Shown one piece after another: positions 28,910-41,144 of a DNA stretch of 64,000 nucleotides. This stretch comes from Tetramitus jugosus. Its lineage: Eukaryota > Protista > Heterolobosea. The translations under genes were made by a program, and so were the position numbers. Where the stretch lies: NCBI GenBank assembly GCA_937625935.1, contig OW569360.1, positions 310,001 through 374,000 on the forward strand, given 5' to 3'. Each line of letters starts with the position of its first letter. The first letter of the stretch is position 1. The notes beneath the pieces are model-generated. The model made no database searches, was not told the DNA's origin, and saw only the letters and a list, made by a program, of their open reading frames with translations.

Positions 28910-30270
28910 ATGGCACAACAGCAAGATGAATCAACACCATCAACAACAAATGACAACGCCAACAACCAACAACAACAACAAGATATAAATCAAGTAGAAT
29001 TGGTCACTTACATGTGCGGTGGTAATTTATTCGAAGTACCAAAGAGGTATCAAGTCAAAGGAGTGTTGGGACAAGGAGCGTATGGTGTTGTTGTCAGTGC
29101 AAGAGACACTGATACGGACACTGATGTGGCCATCAAGAAAATTTTTAATATTTTTGAGCATGACAAGGAATATCAAAAGAGAATTTTGAGAGAAGGTAAG
29201 ATTATCTTTATCATCTTTTGTGACTGTGTGTGTTTGCTATCATCCATCACTCAGTGGATGTGACATTCATATTTCTCTTTTTTGTCGGAGAAGGAGAAAA
29301 AGGAATCGGAGAAACTAACACCCATCATCTTGCATTCACAGTGAAAATTATGAGACATTTTAGAGATCATGAGAATATTGTAAACTTGGTGGACTTGATA
29401 CCACCAAAGAGCTTTGATGAATTCAGAGACGTGTACATTGTAATGGAACTCATGGACAGTAATCTCCGACAGATGATTCGAAGCCCGCAACAATTGTCCG
29501 ACCAGAACGTGCAATACTTTTTGTATCAGATGCTACGAGGGTTAAAGTACGTTCATTCTGCTGGTGTCTTGCACAGAGACATCAAACCGAGCAACATTTT
29601 GTTGAATGCTGACATGGATGTCAAATTGTGTGACTTTGGATTGAGCAGAGGAGTGGATTTTGAGACGGATCCGACCATGTCTACTACATATGTTGCGACT
29701 CGATGGTACAGAGCACCAGAATTGTTGTTAATGTGGGATCAGGCATCAAAGGCGTTGGACGTGTGGTCCATTGGGTGCATTTTGGCAGAGTTGTTGGAAC
29801 CGTTGCCTCGAAAAAAGGTCTTGTTCCCCGGTAAGCACTACTTGAATCAGTTGGAGCTCATATTGAACGTTTGTGGAACACCGCCAGAGGATGAAATCAA
29901 GGGATGCGTCAAGGCCAAGAAATACATGAAATCTCTACCAAAGAAACCAAAGCAGCACTTTAAGGACATGTACCCTCATGCAAATCCGTTGGCTGTTGAT
30001 CTATTGGAGAAAATGTTGTCGTTTGATCCAACGAAACGTATTACCGTGGAGGAATGTTTGGAGCATGCCTATCTAGAGACGATGCACGATCCAGAAGATG
30101 AACCCACATGTCCAACCTTTGATTTCAAGTTCAACAATGATATTGAAATCTCGGAGATTAAGCAAATGATGTACGATGAAATAATGGATTTTCAACTCAA
30201 GGAACATGGTACATATAGCCAAGGCGTTTTGAACACGAACGAAGTGGTGCACCTCGATGACAATCATTAA
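28910..30270 (+). CDS. MAP kinase; exons 28910-29195, 29342-30270
   Basis: GQGAYGVV, VAIKK, RILREVK after splicing, HRDIKPSN, DFG, TTYVATRWYRAPE. Confidence 0.93.
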
Positions 30271-30320
30271 TCATTAAATTGATATATTTTTTGTACAAGA
30301 TTTCCGAATTGTTGTGTTTG

Positions 30321-31706
30321 TTATATTGGTATTCCGAGTGTTCTCATGACCATTGGTCCAGTGAAAACTGCAGCAAATCCAATGTGTGCATATGTCATAA
30401 ACACACAAGGAACTTCAACAATGTATCGGTGACAGTTCTGCACACCGTCTACGTGAGCCTTACCGAGTCGCAAGGTCTCAATTATGCGAGGCACAACCAA
30501 ATAGGTCAACTTTTTCGTTATGCTCTTTGAAATAAACATGGTGCTGTATCCGACAAGACACCGCAGCAGCATCATCTTGATCCAGGCAAGAGCTCCAGAT
30601 GATATCACATCGTGTTGACCAAATGGACTCAAGTCACCAGCAATCAGTCCACTGTGCAACCAATCTGCCAAGAAGCAACCACAAGAGACACCCAACACGC
30701 GCGCCGTATCACCAAACGACGAACTCCAAATCTGTCGATTGCGTGGATAAACAGCCAACATGAAAACAAAGCAACAAACAATCACAATCGGCACATGAAA
30801 ATTTCCATGTTGCATAACATAGAAATCCACAATCGGGTACAATTGCATCTCTGCCATTACACAAACATATCCCAACAACAGTCCCACATAAATGTCAATC
30901 AACGAATGCACACCGAGATACAATCGAGACAAGCACGTCAAAAAGCACCACAGCACAACCAATACATAACCCAATAGTAACCACATGACACTCTGCGCTC
31001 TTGTCATTATCGCTTGTTCACCATCAACAATACCACCACCACTACTACTACTAATCTCACTATTCGTCATCATCAAACTCTCAATCAATCGATATCGCTG
31101 CATCATGTAATAAAACAAATAATTGGACATGGAGACTGCTGCCATTGCATGCGTACTCGGCAGACCATACTCTGTCTCATAATGACTCTCCAATCGAATG
31201 ACTGGTGGAGATTTTGGTCTCGGGAGGCACATGAGATCCTTGACAACTTGACCAACGTACTCTGAGAAGAACCACACGACAATGACATGTCTACCGAGTG
31301 ACCAAGACACATTCCAATAGAGAAAAGGCAAAAATGAGGCAAACATGGACTCGTTTCCGAGTGCAGCACCCAGTAACATGACCCAATGAATGAATCGATT
31401 TCCAATCGTATAATTTTTCAGTTTCTTCTTCTCCTCTTCATGATCATCATTATTGTTAGTAGTACTACTATTGCTTATTATTGTCATCTTATTATTGGTC
31501 CTATTGTTATTGTTGTCATTCATTCCACTGCCATCATGATTGCTATTGTTATTATTGTTGTTATTGTTATTGTTGTTGATAGAATAATGATAATAATGAT
31601 GATGATGTTGGAGACCAAATGTTTTTTGAAAAGCGGAGACAATGTGCACGTCGCCGTCGACTCGTGACTGGAAATAGGTCCGTGTGCTTGTGTACACTGT
31701 GTTCAT
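30321..31706 (-). CDS. SGPP: Sphingosine-1-phosphate phosphatase (PAP2 family)
   Basis: KDLMCLPRP, EYGLPSTH, SRLYLGVHS phosphatase motifs; multiple TMs. Confidence 0.88.
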   Translation of the reverse strand: MNTVYTSTRTYFQSRVDGDVHIVSAFQKTFGLQHHHHYYHYSINNNNNNNNNNNSNHDGSGMNDNNNNRTNNKMTIISNSSTTNNNDDHEEEKKKLKNYTIGNRFIHWVMLLGAALGNESMFASFLPFLYWNVSWSLGRHVIVVWFFSEYVGQVVKDLMCLPRPKSPPVIRLESHYETEYGLPSTHAMAAVSMSNYLFYYMMQRYRLIESLMMTNSEISSSSGGGIVDGEQAIMTRAQSVMWLLLGYVLVVLWCFLTCLSRLYLGVHSLIDIYVGLLLGYVCVMAEMQLYPIVDFYVMQHGNFHVPIVIVCCFVFMLAVYPRNRQIWSSSFGDTARVLGVSCGCFLADWLHSGLIAGDLSPFGQHDVISSGALAWIKMMLLRCLVGYSTMFISKSITKKLTYLVVPRIIETLRLGKAHVDGVQNCHRYIVEVPCVFMTYAHIGFAAVFTGPMVMRTLGIPI

Positions 31707-32002
31707 TGTTTCTTGTTTGTTTGTTTGTGTTGTTTGTTTAAAAATTCGCGTAATGTTTTGTTGTTGTCTAAATTCTACTTGGGGGGAAAAGGTGTTTGAT
31801 TTTGTTCGTTGCCACACAATGCGGAATTTTTCATAACAACGGTCAGATTATTAAGGCCAGTTAGTTAGTTAACGTCAGGAGGTGCAAAGAACGGGAGGTA
31901 AAGCTCTCAGGTTTTGGTCTCACTTGTGTTTCGTTGTTTTTGTAGCTTTCGGCTTTTGGAACACTAACAGTTCTGTTATGTTTCAATGTATTTTGGTATT
32001 TT

Positions 32003-32845
32003 TTAATTACGCTGACTATTTGTGGTTGCGGTGGCTCCTTTACGTGCTGTTCCAATGTGAGCTGCTGTTGCTCCGCTTCTCTTGGAGAGTTTCTTTTTTT
32101 GTAATTCTTCAGCTCTGCCTCCTCTGATAATGACCAGTAGAGCATCCACAAAGAGACCGAGCACAGCACCAATGAGGCCTCCAATGAGACGATCCGTATG
32201 GTCATGGAATCCGAACACCGTCGAAGTAATGAAATAGAAGATTACAAAAAAGGTGAATACCGTTACAATCAGATCAAGTCCAACGCCCAATTGACCCTTG
32301 TACGTGCTAAATGGATCTCTTTCCTGTTCTCTTCTCTGTCTAAAGTTTACATTGGCAACCATTTGTGCATACAATGTATCATCATACGCTTTTTGTAACT
32401 GAGCCAATCTTCTGAGAAACTTTGGATCCTTGGGAGGTGGTGGAGGTGGCTCTGGAAAGCTTGCTCTCGATTTCTTGATCAACTTGTGCAAATAAAGCTT
32501 TTCTTTGTTGTTCTTGTTGAAGCTATTCACAACTTGAATGGCTTGCTTTAGGATTGAATAGGGAACAAAGGATCTGTTTGGTGTCGTCTCTGTTGTTGCC
32601 AACGCTTCTTCAGAAGAAGCTTCCGTGCTCTTCTTTTCATTAGCAGGATCCGTATTGTCCTTGGTTGTCATTGAACACTCAAACTGGTGTAGCTCTGCAT
32701 ACTTCTTTTGGCTTGATTCTTCGACCAACAATTTTTGTGCTTGTTGGATCACTTGAATGATCTCATCGCTCAAATCAAAGAGAAGACCAGTCAACACGTG
32801 TGGTTCAACATTGTTTGATGACGAGGCCAGAGCGGTGTGCTTCAT
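32003..32845 (-). CDS. TMEM199: V-ATPase assembly factor TMEM199/Vma12-like (start uncertain, possibly 32986)
   Basis: LHKLIKKSRASFPEPPPPPPKDPKFLRRLAQL..YAQMVANV followed by two TMs. Confidence 0.75.
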   Translation of the reverse strand: MKHTALASSSNNVEPHVLTGLLFDLSDEIIQVIQQAQKLLVEESSQKKYAELHQFECSMTTKDNTDPANEKKSTEASSEEALATTETTPNRSFVPYSILKQAIQVVNSFNKNNKEKLYLHKLIKKSRASFPEPPPPPPKDPKFLRRLAQLQKAYDDTLYAQMVANVNFRQRREQERDPFSTYKGQLGVGLDLIVTVFTFFVIFYFITSTVFGFHDHTDRLIGGLIGAVLGLFVDALLVIIRGGRAEELQKKKLSKRSGATAAHIGTARKGATATTNSQRN

Positions 32846-33091
32846 TGTTTGATGATCACGTCGTGTTTTGATTTTTTCACTTTCCAGTTGCGAAAGGAAT
32901 CCTGTGTTGATGTGTGGGAAGGTCGAGCATGCATGCACACGGATGTTATCCTTTTCCAAAGTCTTGCCATTAGATTTCTGACTCATGATCTTCACCTTGA
33001 AGAAAATAAGTAACAGGCAGTTTATGTTACAAGGAACATTCAACATTGAGGTTTTATTGAACGACAAACGGATTGAGTTCAGAAAAGAAAA

Positions 33092-34051
33092 ATGAAGCGA
33101 GAAAAGACAGAGGACTCAGACGATGATACCAATGAAACAATCAAGCGAAAGAGAGCCAATGAAAGTTGTGATGAATGTGTTGTCACAACAGACATGAGTG
33201 AATTTTTTGAAATTTGTTCCGTACTCTGCAAGGATGCATGGTCAAAAGTGATCGAGTTTTGTGACACTCGAGAATGGATGCGATTGAGTTACACTTGCAA
33301 AGGGCTCAATCAATTTAAATTCAATCCATTGCTCCTGTTCAACAAGAGGATGACACTAAAGTGCGACATGGAATCTAAAGAGATTGAACACTGGTGGAGA
33401 TTAAGAAGCAACACACTGTTCAATGTTGACCTGAATGGAAATCCTTATGTGAATGATGAGCATTTCCAGTTTTTCACAGCTCGTCTTCACACACTCTGTA
33501 TGAATTTTTGTCAGCAAGTGACAAACAAGGCATTTTCTTATTTGACTGGCATTCACACGCTCGAGATGGTATATTGTCATCAAATTACGGATCAAGCCTT
33601 TTCACATTTGGGTGGTATTCACACACTCGATATGAGCTATTGCAGTCGAATTACAGACAATTCATTTCGTTATTTGACTGCCATTCATACACTTATTATT
33701 GCTAATTGCAAACAGATCACAGATAATGCCTTTGTGCATTTGACTGGAATTCACACGCTTGATGTGAGTGGTTGCGACTCCATCACAGACAATGCGTTTT
33801 CTTATTTGACAGGGGTTCACACACTTGATATTCGATCTTGCCTTCAGATCACAGACAATGCATTTCCTCATTTCGTTGGCATTCACGCACTTGACATGAG
33901 TGGATGCTATCAAGAATCGATCACCGAGAAGGCATTAGTTTTTTTGAAGGACATTCGTAGGCTGTGTTGGTGTAACAGACGAAACCATAATCTCACGTAC
34001 AAGGTGCGCAGACATTGTAAACGGCACTCGATAACTCTGAAACTGAACTAG
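33092..34051 (+). CDS. F-box-like + 22-aa IHTL-type LRR protein (intact paralogue of 23936-25211)
   Basis: LCKDAWSKVIEFC..RLSYTCK F-box-like motif; about 7 IHTL repeats. Confidence 0.85.
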   Translation: MKREKTEDSDDDTNETIKRKRANESCDECVVTTDMSEFFEICSVLCKDAWSKVIEFCDTREWMRLSYTCKGLNQFKFNPLLLFNKRMTLKCDMESKEIEHWWRLRSNTLFNVDLNGNPYVNDEHFQFFTARLHTLCMNFCQQVTNKAFSYLTGIHTLEMVYCHQITDQAFSHLGGIHTLDMSYCSRITDNSFRYLTAIHTLIIANCKQITDNAFVHLTGIHTLDVSGCDSITDNAFSYLTGVHTLDIRSCLQITDNAFPHFVGIHALDMSGCYQESITEKALVFLKDIRRLCWCNRRNHNLTYKVRRHCKRHSITLKLN

Positions 34052-34164
34052 CAATAAAAACATATAAGCAATAGAAATTAGATAGTAAGGAATGGTAGTG
34101 GAACACTTGGAACACAGAACAGCTTCGGGATGTGTAACAAAAAGTGGATGTTTCATTTGAATTG

Positions 34165-37100
34165 TTACATTTGAGACGCCTGAAGTTTTTGGTCCAAGTA
34201 CTTGGCTTTCAGATACAGACGATATTCAGCACATGTCTCAAATCGAATCCATGTGTCAGAAACATTGTTCATGACACTGTTAAGAAGGGCAGTCACGCAC
34301 TCTTCGACCTCAGATGCCAAAGAGTGATTGGAGTTACACAATGACATGAACCGCTTCCTGACTTCATTCGGAATGTTGACTTCGAGGGGGGAATATGGTA
34401 CGAGATATCTCTCCTTGATTGACACCAATTCAATGGATCTCTGAGCAGGCTGTAAACCTATCAGTGTGGGCTTTAGAGTGTCTAACTCCTTCCACAAGAG
34501 TAAGTTCTCTAGACTGAACTCCCGTAGACAATAATCGTGAATAATTGGGTATGTTTTTTCATCCCTAATAAACTTGCGAATCATCTCAGCAATATCACCA
34601 TCCTCACCCTTAATCTTCTTTGTTTGGAAAGAAGATCGAATAAAATTAATAAGGGAACAACATCCCACAAAAACACCGAATACTAGTATTCTCATAAACA
34701 AGTATAGTACATCGAATATAAACTGAGCAATAGTAATACCATCGTCAAACTTTTGTCGCACTTGCATATTGATACCGATAATATAGGAAACAACAGCCAA
34801 GACGATCGTAGCAAGCATCAAAATGCTTTCAACCCTAAATCTGAGCGGGTCATTGTGCCAAAAATATTGAGCAAAGTAATGTTTGACGTTGGCGGCTTGT
34901 TCACTTCGAGAGATTGCCTCTTGTTGATCGGCAACCTTCTTCCATTTGTTTTTGGCCTTTCGAACTATTTGTTCGAAGATCATATCCCACAAAAATACTA
35001 CCACGACACCGACCATGATCACCATGGCCATCATAAAATATGAAACTGATTGAATGGTTATTGATTGGGCATATGTCAAAACATTAGTCACCCGTAACAT
35101 CATGAATATCAGGAAATAAATGAATGTTGATGCACAAACGAGGAGACAACCAACGAGGTATGCAGCAGAAGACGAGAGAGCTCTGGCCATCAGAATAGTT
35201 GGTCGTTGCTTTCTGGCCATTGCTTCATAAATATGCTTCAATAAATAATATCGAATGTGTTGCCAAAAGAAGATGAACCAGGCAGTAATCGACAGAGGAT
35301 TCACGATTATCATTACGATATGATGGATAATGTTTGCTCGGTCTCTGTTGGAGTTATAGTCCGATATCAACAGGGAATTACGAATGATGCCTTGGAGGAT
35401 ACATTCTGCCAAAACAGCCAGCAATCCGACAAATGGCCCCAAGTATCTTGATCTGGCTGGTTGAGCACCTCTAATGAAAAACAGCACCACGATCAAGGGT
35501 AGTGCAATTGCAGTCAAAACAAGGTTCACTGCAACTGATGCAATAAATATGCGCCTGTTGATCGTTGGCAACTGACCATCGACAAGCGGATATTCAATAA
35601 ATGCAGCAAAACTTGTTGTATGGTTGCATCTACAAATGATTTGATTATCTTCAGTTAATCCACCAAAATAGCATCCATCAGATCTCCAAGTACTTTGTGT
35701 TGCATCAAATTCTTCATAATATTTGCATATATATGTTATGTTCCTCTTTTCAGCAGAACTGTTGGTAACCAGAGGAGACAACAAGAACGTAATAGGTTCA
35801 GTCAAATTCCTAGCTTCTATGACTGATTCATTTTGATCCAAAATTTTAAAGACCAGCACTGGAGTATTAGGAGATGTCGAGTTCATCCATGAGTAAAGAT
35901 TGACTCGTAGGGATAAATACACTAATCCAGCTTCATTATCAATGTCTGCAAATGTAGGCAATGGAGCTAGTTGCGAAGGCAATATGACTACATCACTCTG
36001 ATTTACATGAATCGTACTGTTTGATATATCAGTCACATAGTTGTATGAAGCAAACATATCCAAGTTCTTTGCGTTCACGAGTGAATCTTGTTCTCCTGGC
36101 ACTTTAGAAGCAATTGCTCTCTTAGCGATATTGACAATCAGCTCCAGATAGTCGCTGCTTAGTGATTTGTCGGAGCCATAAAATAATTGAGCAATGCTGG
36201 ATGCTATCGTAATCGCCTTTTCAATCATATCTGGCGTGTTAAGCACACATACCACCCCATCTTCAATTACCCAAGTGACTTCAACATTATCAGCAAATAT
36301 TCTCGAAAGCATCTCAAGTACAACTTGAGCGCTGTAAATATCGAGCTGTTCAGAAACAATATTGTGAAGAACTTGCAATTCCTGCATTCGATATTCATAT
36401 GGTAGCGGATCACTTGAGTTGAACTTGTTATCTTGTGCTAGCTTCAACACATAAATGAGCTCTCTTGTTAAGTCGTCCAATGCTGTTTGGTTATTCAAAA
36501 AGGAACTCCCTGAAACTAAAATTTCATTCAAGACTATAATAGTAGATTCAAGTTCACCGTCGAATAATAATCCGTCAAGCATATCGTTCTTGATTTTGTC
36601 AATACTGTTTTGGATCCAATCAACCAATTGTGAAGGATTAGTAAAGTTGGCAGGTTGGATCGTAACATCGATCGCAGCTATGGATTCTTCCTCGAAACGA
36701 TTGCGAGCCAAAACACGCAGTGATACAGATATCTCGGCTTGAGTAGAGAATGGTAGCGTCACGATTGTTGATTCAATCGGAAGGAATGGCGTAAGTTTCT
36801 GCCAATCACCACTATAACTCAGATATTCGAAGGAGTATCTTAATGGTTCAAATCTCTCATCTGATTCCCAACCAGATGTGGATATATTGAATTGAGTAGT
36901 TGACCCAGGCACAGGATTAACCTCTATCTGTCCTCCATAAGGACCTGGACTGGTTGAGATCATCAACTCAGAGTAAGTGAAATCTGAAGCATCTTGCTTG
37001 TTTAACACTGAGAAACGAACCAAATATGTACTCGCTCGTTGTAAAACATTTGGCAAGATGACAAGCTCTTTTCTATTCAACGCTGGTACACCAAGCTGGC

Positions 37101-39576
37101 TTTGATCTAATACCAGATCGACAATACCCAACGTTGAGTCGTTGCGAAAGAGAGTCCAGGAGAGCTCAAATCCATCTCTTGCATTGCGATCTAGAACGGC
37201 TTTGAATTGTACTCTCCAACTTGTTGCAATGTATGGATAATAATCTGTAACGATAATTGGTACAGGTAAGCCCGAGTTGGCAATTGATTCAATGATGACC
37301 GAGTACCTAGAAGATCGCCCACCAACAATGTATGTCACTTCAAAAGAATATCTTCCAGCAGTGTGAAATACAAATGATATATCACTGCCTGTCGGCAGTG
37401 GTTCATATGGACATGCTCCTGTAGGGGAAATAGCAGAACAACTCCAAAGGTACTGAGCAGGCAAATCACTAGCACCTGGATAATAAGATTCAGCGGCACT
37501 TAGATACACAGTTGTATTCACTGCGACCCGTCTATTACCATATCTTATTCTTGCGACGGGATCATCGTCTAGTACCTGAATCGTAACAGAGTCTGAAATG
37601 GTGACATTGGTGATATCTGCTGGCATCTTCACAGAGAATTTAAATGTATAGGTGCCTGAACCAAGGGGGAATTGGTAGGAGTCGAAATTTAAACGAGAGG
37701 ATGACATCGTGGTATTGAAAAATTCTGGGTTAATATCGAATGTTGTCCTCTCCCAAATGTACTCAACATTAGGAACACTTGGAGAGCAAGAGGTCACCAC
37801 TGCAATCAGCGAGAGAGCATCGCGTCTCCTAATTTGCTGATTTCCTCCCCTAATGCGGACTGATAGTTTGGAGCAATCAAATGAACAATCACTACCAAGA
37901 TAGTTCTTAGCACAACTACAAACATTACTTTCTATACAGGTTCCAAATCCAGAACATGCATTAAGAGCAGAACAATTCGCGTATGTTTCCATTTCCATCA
38001 TAAATTGACAGCCAGGTGTGACCATGTCAAACGTGTTGTCGAATGACGGGTTGACTGATAGTTGACCACCAATAAATAATCGATCATTACTTACAATAGC
38101 TAAGGACGTAACGATATCATCACCAGTTCCACCTATTCTTCGGGCCCAAACGGGTGTTCCATCTGGTGCAAATTTGGCCACGAACCCATCTGTGTCCTCG
38201 GCATATAATTCGCTGTTACCAACAGTCATATTTTGTGCAAATAATCCAGCAATATATACCTCCAATCTCGAATTAACACCGATAGAGAATGGTTGACTCG
38301 TGTCTGTTGAAGTAATGCCTGACAACCACACAATATTACCAGTGCCAGCTAAGAGCTTCAACACAAAAGTATTGACAGTAGTCGACGTTAAAGTATGACC
38401 ACCAAAGTCAATATCACCTGAAAAGGCACCGGAAACATATAAATTATTCACTTCGTCTCTATCCAAGGATACTGATGCAATAGTGGTGTTGAACGTTCCA
38501 TAGAACTGCGCATATTGTAACGCACCACTCGTATCAAGCTTGGCAATAAACACATACACTGTATCGCTAAGCAAAGTGTAATTGGTTGATTGACATTGGA
38601 ACCAAGGACCTTGAACAATACCCAACACAAAAATATTATCGTTTGCATCAATTTGTACAGAAGAACCGAGATCTTGACCCGGTCCACCACATGCAATTGC
38701 CCATTGAACCGTTCCACTAGAGCTAATCTTTGTCACAAAGATGTCATCAGTACCGTAAAATGGTGTTGATAAGGCTCCAAAGGTACCCACATTACCCACA
38801 TTACCAACAAGGACCACATCACCCTGAGAATTGACCTTGATATCGCTGAGAGATTCATCATTACATCACAACACAACAATAAAGAACAATAGACCAAGTC
38901 AGTCACCTCCAACATCAAAAAAAAAACAGTTGGGAATAAAAAAAATATATCAATCGAGCACTACATACACTGCAGAATCGACACCGTCTGCACTGCCAAT
39001 CGCCTTCATCCACTGGAGAGTTCCATCTACATTATACTTTGCCACAATGCCATCAACTGAGCCCGTTCCTGGTATCAAACTCAAAGATCTTTGAAGTGCT
39101 ACTGCTTTGAATGGTTCTTCGTCAAACAGGGTAGGATTGGACAGAGAGTGACCCACAACGTACAAATCTCCAGTCTTCTCATTCACACTTCCAGTTGATA
39201 ACACCTCAGCAGCCAATCCCGTGACAGAGGAAGCCCACTGCACAAACGATTGTGTCTCACCCTTCTTAAAAAAGAGAGCATCAGCTGGAATGCCAGCTGT
39301 AAATGTAAAGTTTTTGGCGGGATCAGTCCCCGATGTCGGAAAAATGATGGAAGAACCTAAAATTTGAGAAAAACCAATGAGTGATCCCTGTTGGTCAGAG
39401 ATGAAACTATTGAGAGTATCAGTTGATTTTCCATATGTAAAAACTGTGTTTGTTAAAAATTTTCCCCGATAGGTATCAGGAGGCAGAGTGAGGAGGGAGG
39501 TGGTGAAGGGTATCTGCTGCAGAAGCAGTAGAATAGAAAATAGGAGTGTCACCAACGGTGGAAGAAGCAGTGACAT
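34165..39576 (-). CDS. Adhesion-type receptor: signal peptide, beta-propeller repeats, EGF, REJ/PKD-like region, GPS, 7TM-like region, C-terminal RGS; exons 39576-38969 and 38845-34165
   Basis: DGFVAKFAPDG..WARRIGGTG repeats; CKYY..WRSDGC..ICRCNHTTSFA GPS; TM helices; YCLREFSLENLLLW..SPLEVNIP..DTWIRF RGS; intron 38846-38968 joins the two ORFs in frame. Confidence 0.88.
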
Positions 39577-39752
39577 TTGCTGCTGCTTTTTGTGTGGGAG
39601 GTGCTTGTTGGCGGTTAGAGATGATGGTGTTGCGTGAGACACTCTGTTTTTTTTGGACGGATGTCTTTTGGCGCTCAAGTGTCACTCAAGGAGGGAGTTT
39701 CTTTTTCTCCGTTTATATGTCGCAGATTCGGCGGCGGTTTCCACACAGGTTC

Positions 39753-40364
39753 TTAGTTGTCAAAGAAGAATACGAGGCGTACATCCTCACCCTCTCCGTC
39801 CTCTGATAACTCCTCGAGAGTAGGAATATCATTCTCGCAAAAACCATCTGCGGCACTTCGATATGTAGCACCCCAATGGACGGTTGTGTAGCAATTGCTT
39901 TGGATCGAACCTGTGGCGATCATATTTTCCATTTCTTCTTCACTCAGATGCACAATGTTGGGGCCGCTAATAAAAGTGCAATAGCTCGTTGGAGCACCCT
40001 CCTTCTTGTACACCAGGAATTCTTGAGCATTGATCGTTCCTTGTTTTTGTGTTTCTTGGTCCCAGTCGTATTCTTTCAATTCCTTTAATGACAAATAGGA
40101 GTGAGAATGACCGTCATAGCCCCATTGGTCAGACTCCTTCTGAACTGCGTCAGAAACATCGTATGGAAGACCCTTGGGCTCCGAGATTGGATTGAATCCC
40201 GCACCGGTGGAAGCGCCAGCAAAACCAAAGCCATTTCTCACATCAGCCAAGATCGCAAATAGGTCATAGTTTCTTCCCATTTGGCAATCCACATCATCCT
40301 TCAACTCCCATATCTCTGATTCCTTGTTGTACTTTTCGATGAAGACGTGGATATCGCAACCCAT
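39753..40364 (-). CDS. Intronless MGCDIH-type hypothetical protein of phage/bacterial appearance
   Basis: MGCDIHVFIE..RNYDLFAILADVRN..PKGLPYDVS..GHSHSYLSLKEL..VRLVFFFDN; ATG at 40364. Confidence 0.75.
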   Translation of the reverse strand: MGCDIHVFIEKYNKESEIWELKDDVDCQMGRNYDLFAILADVRNGFGFAGASTGAGFNPISEPKGLPYDVSDAVQKESDQWGYDGHSHSYLSLKELKEYDWDQETQKQGTINAQEFLVYKKEGAPTSYCTFISGPNIVHLSEEEMENMIATGSIQSNCYTTVHWGATYRSAADGFCENDIPTLEELSEDGEGEDVRLVFFFDN

Positions 40365-40512
40365 GATTGTTAATCTTTGACTTCGTTTGTTGTGGACAGA
40401 ATTTAGTCGAAAAATACAACTTCTGAAGCGGGCGAACTGAGTGAATCCGAAATCTCCAACTACGGTGTTTTTGGTGGGGCAGGCTGAGTTGTGAGATGTC
40501 ATACCTCTCCAT

Positions 40513-40588
40513 TCTGACAACTACTCGAGAGTAGGAATATCATGGTCGCAAAAGCCGCGTGCTGCACTTCGATATGTCACTCCCAATG
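40513..40588 (-). pseudogene. Diverged, frameshifted fragment duplicated from the 3' part of the MGCDIH gene (39802-39878)
   Basis: Shared CTCGAGAGTAGGAATATCAT..TCGCAAAA..GCACTTCGATATGT..CCCAATG; 1 nt shorter. Confidence 0.7.
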
Positions 40589-40755
40589 TATGTGGTAAAC
40601 AAAACAATGAAACAATGATGTACTTCATTCGGAGTATGATTCAAGTTGAGGCTTCGTGTGAAACAACAAGATCGCATCACAATGACTGTACTTTTATTAT
40701 TTACAGATCGTAGACCTTTGGGCAACGAACATTAATCAGAGTGGTATCAGTACAC

Positions 40756-40935
40756 CTACTTCTTCTTCTCCTCCTCGTCCTTCTCAATGAATTCGTCCCA
40801 GTTAGAATGGAGCTGTTCCTGTTCATAACCGTGCATATCTCCCTTCACATCATTCTTTTCGACAATCTTTGAAGGAAGGTGTTCTAGACCAACGTCCTTC
40901 TTCTCTGTCTCTAGTAGTTGCTTGTCTCTATCCAT
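40756..40935 (-). CDS. Small 59-aa charged protein (below the ORF-track cutoff)
   Basis: MDRDKQLLETEKKDVGLEHLPSKIVEKNDVKGDMHGYEQEQLHSNWDEFIEKDEEEKKK*. Confidence 0.45.
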   Translation of the reverse strand: MDRDKQLLETEKKDVGLEHLPSKIVEKNDVKGDMHGYEQEQLHSNWDEFIEKDEEEKKK

Positions 40936-41144
40936 TCTGATCTTATGGTATGCTATGAAGAATTGCTAGGTTCTTGTTCTCTCGATGAATACTTGGGTTT
41001 CTTGTTTCTGAAAGGTTGGTCAACCAAAAATTTCGGTTTTATGCTAAACCCATCTAGGAAAATCGTGTTGTATTTTGGTCACTCAGGAGTAAAATTTCCT
41101 AGGAAAGTTGTCGGATCAGAGATCAATCAGCTGACAGTTCTTTA

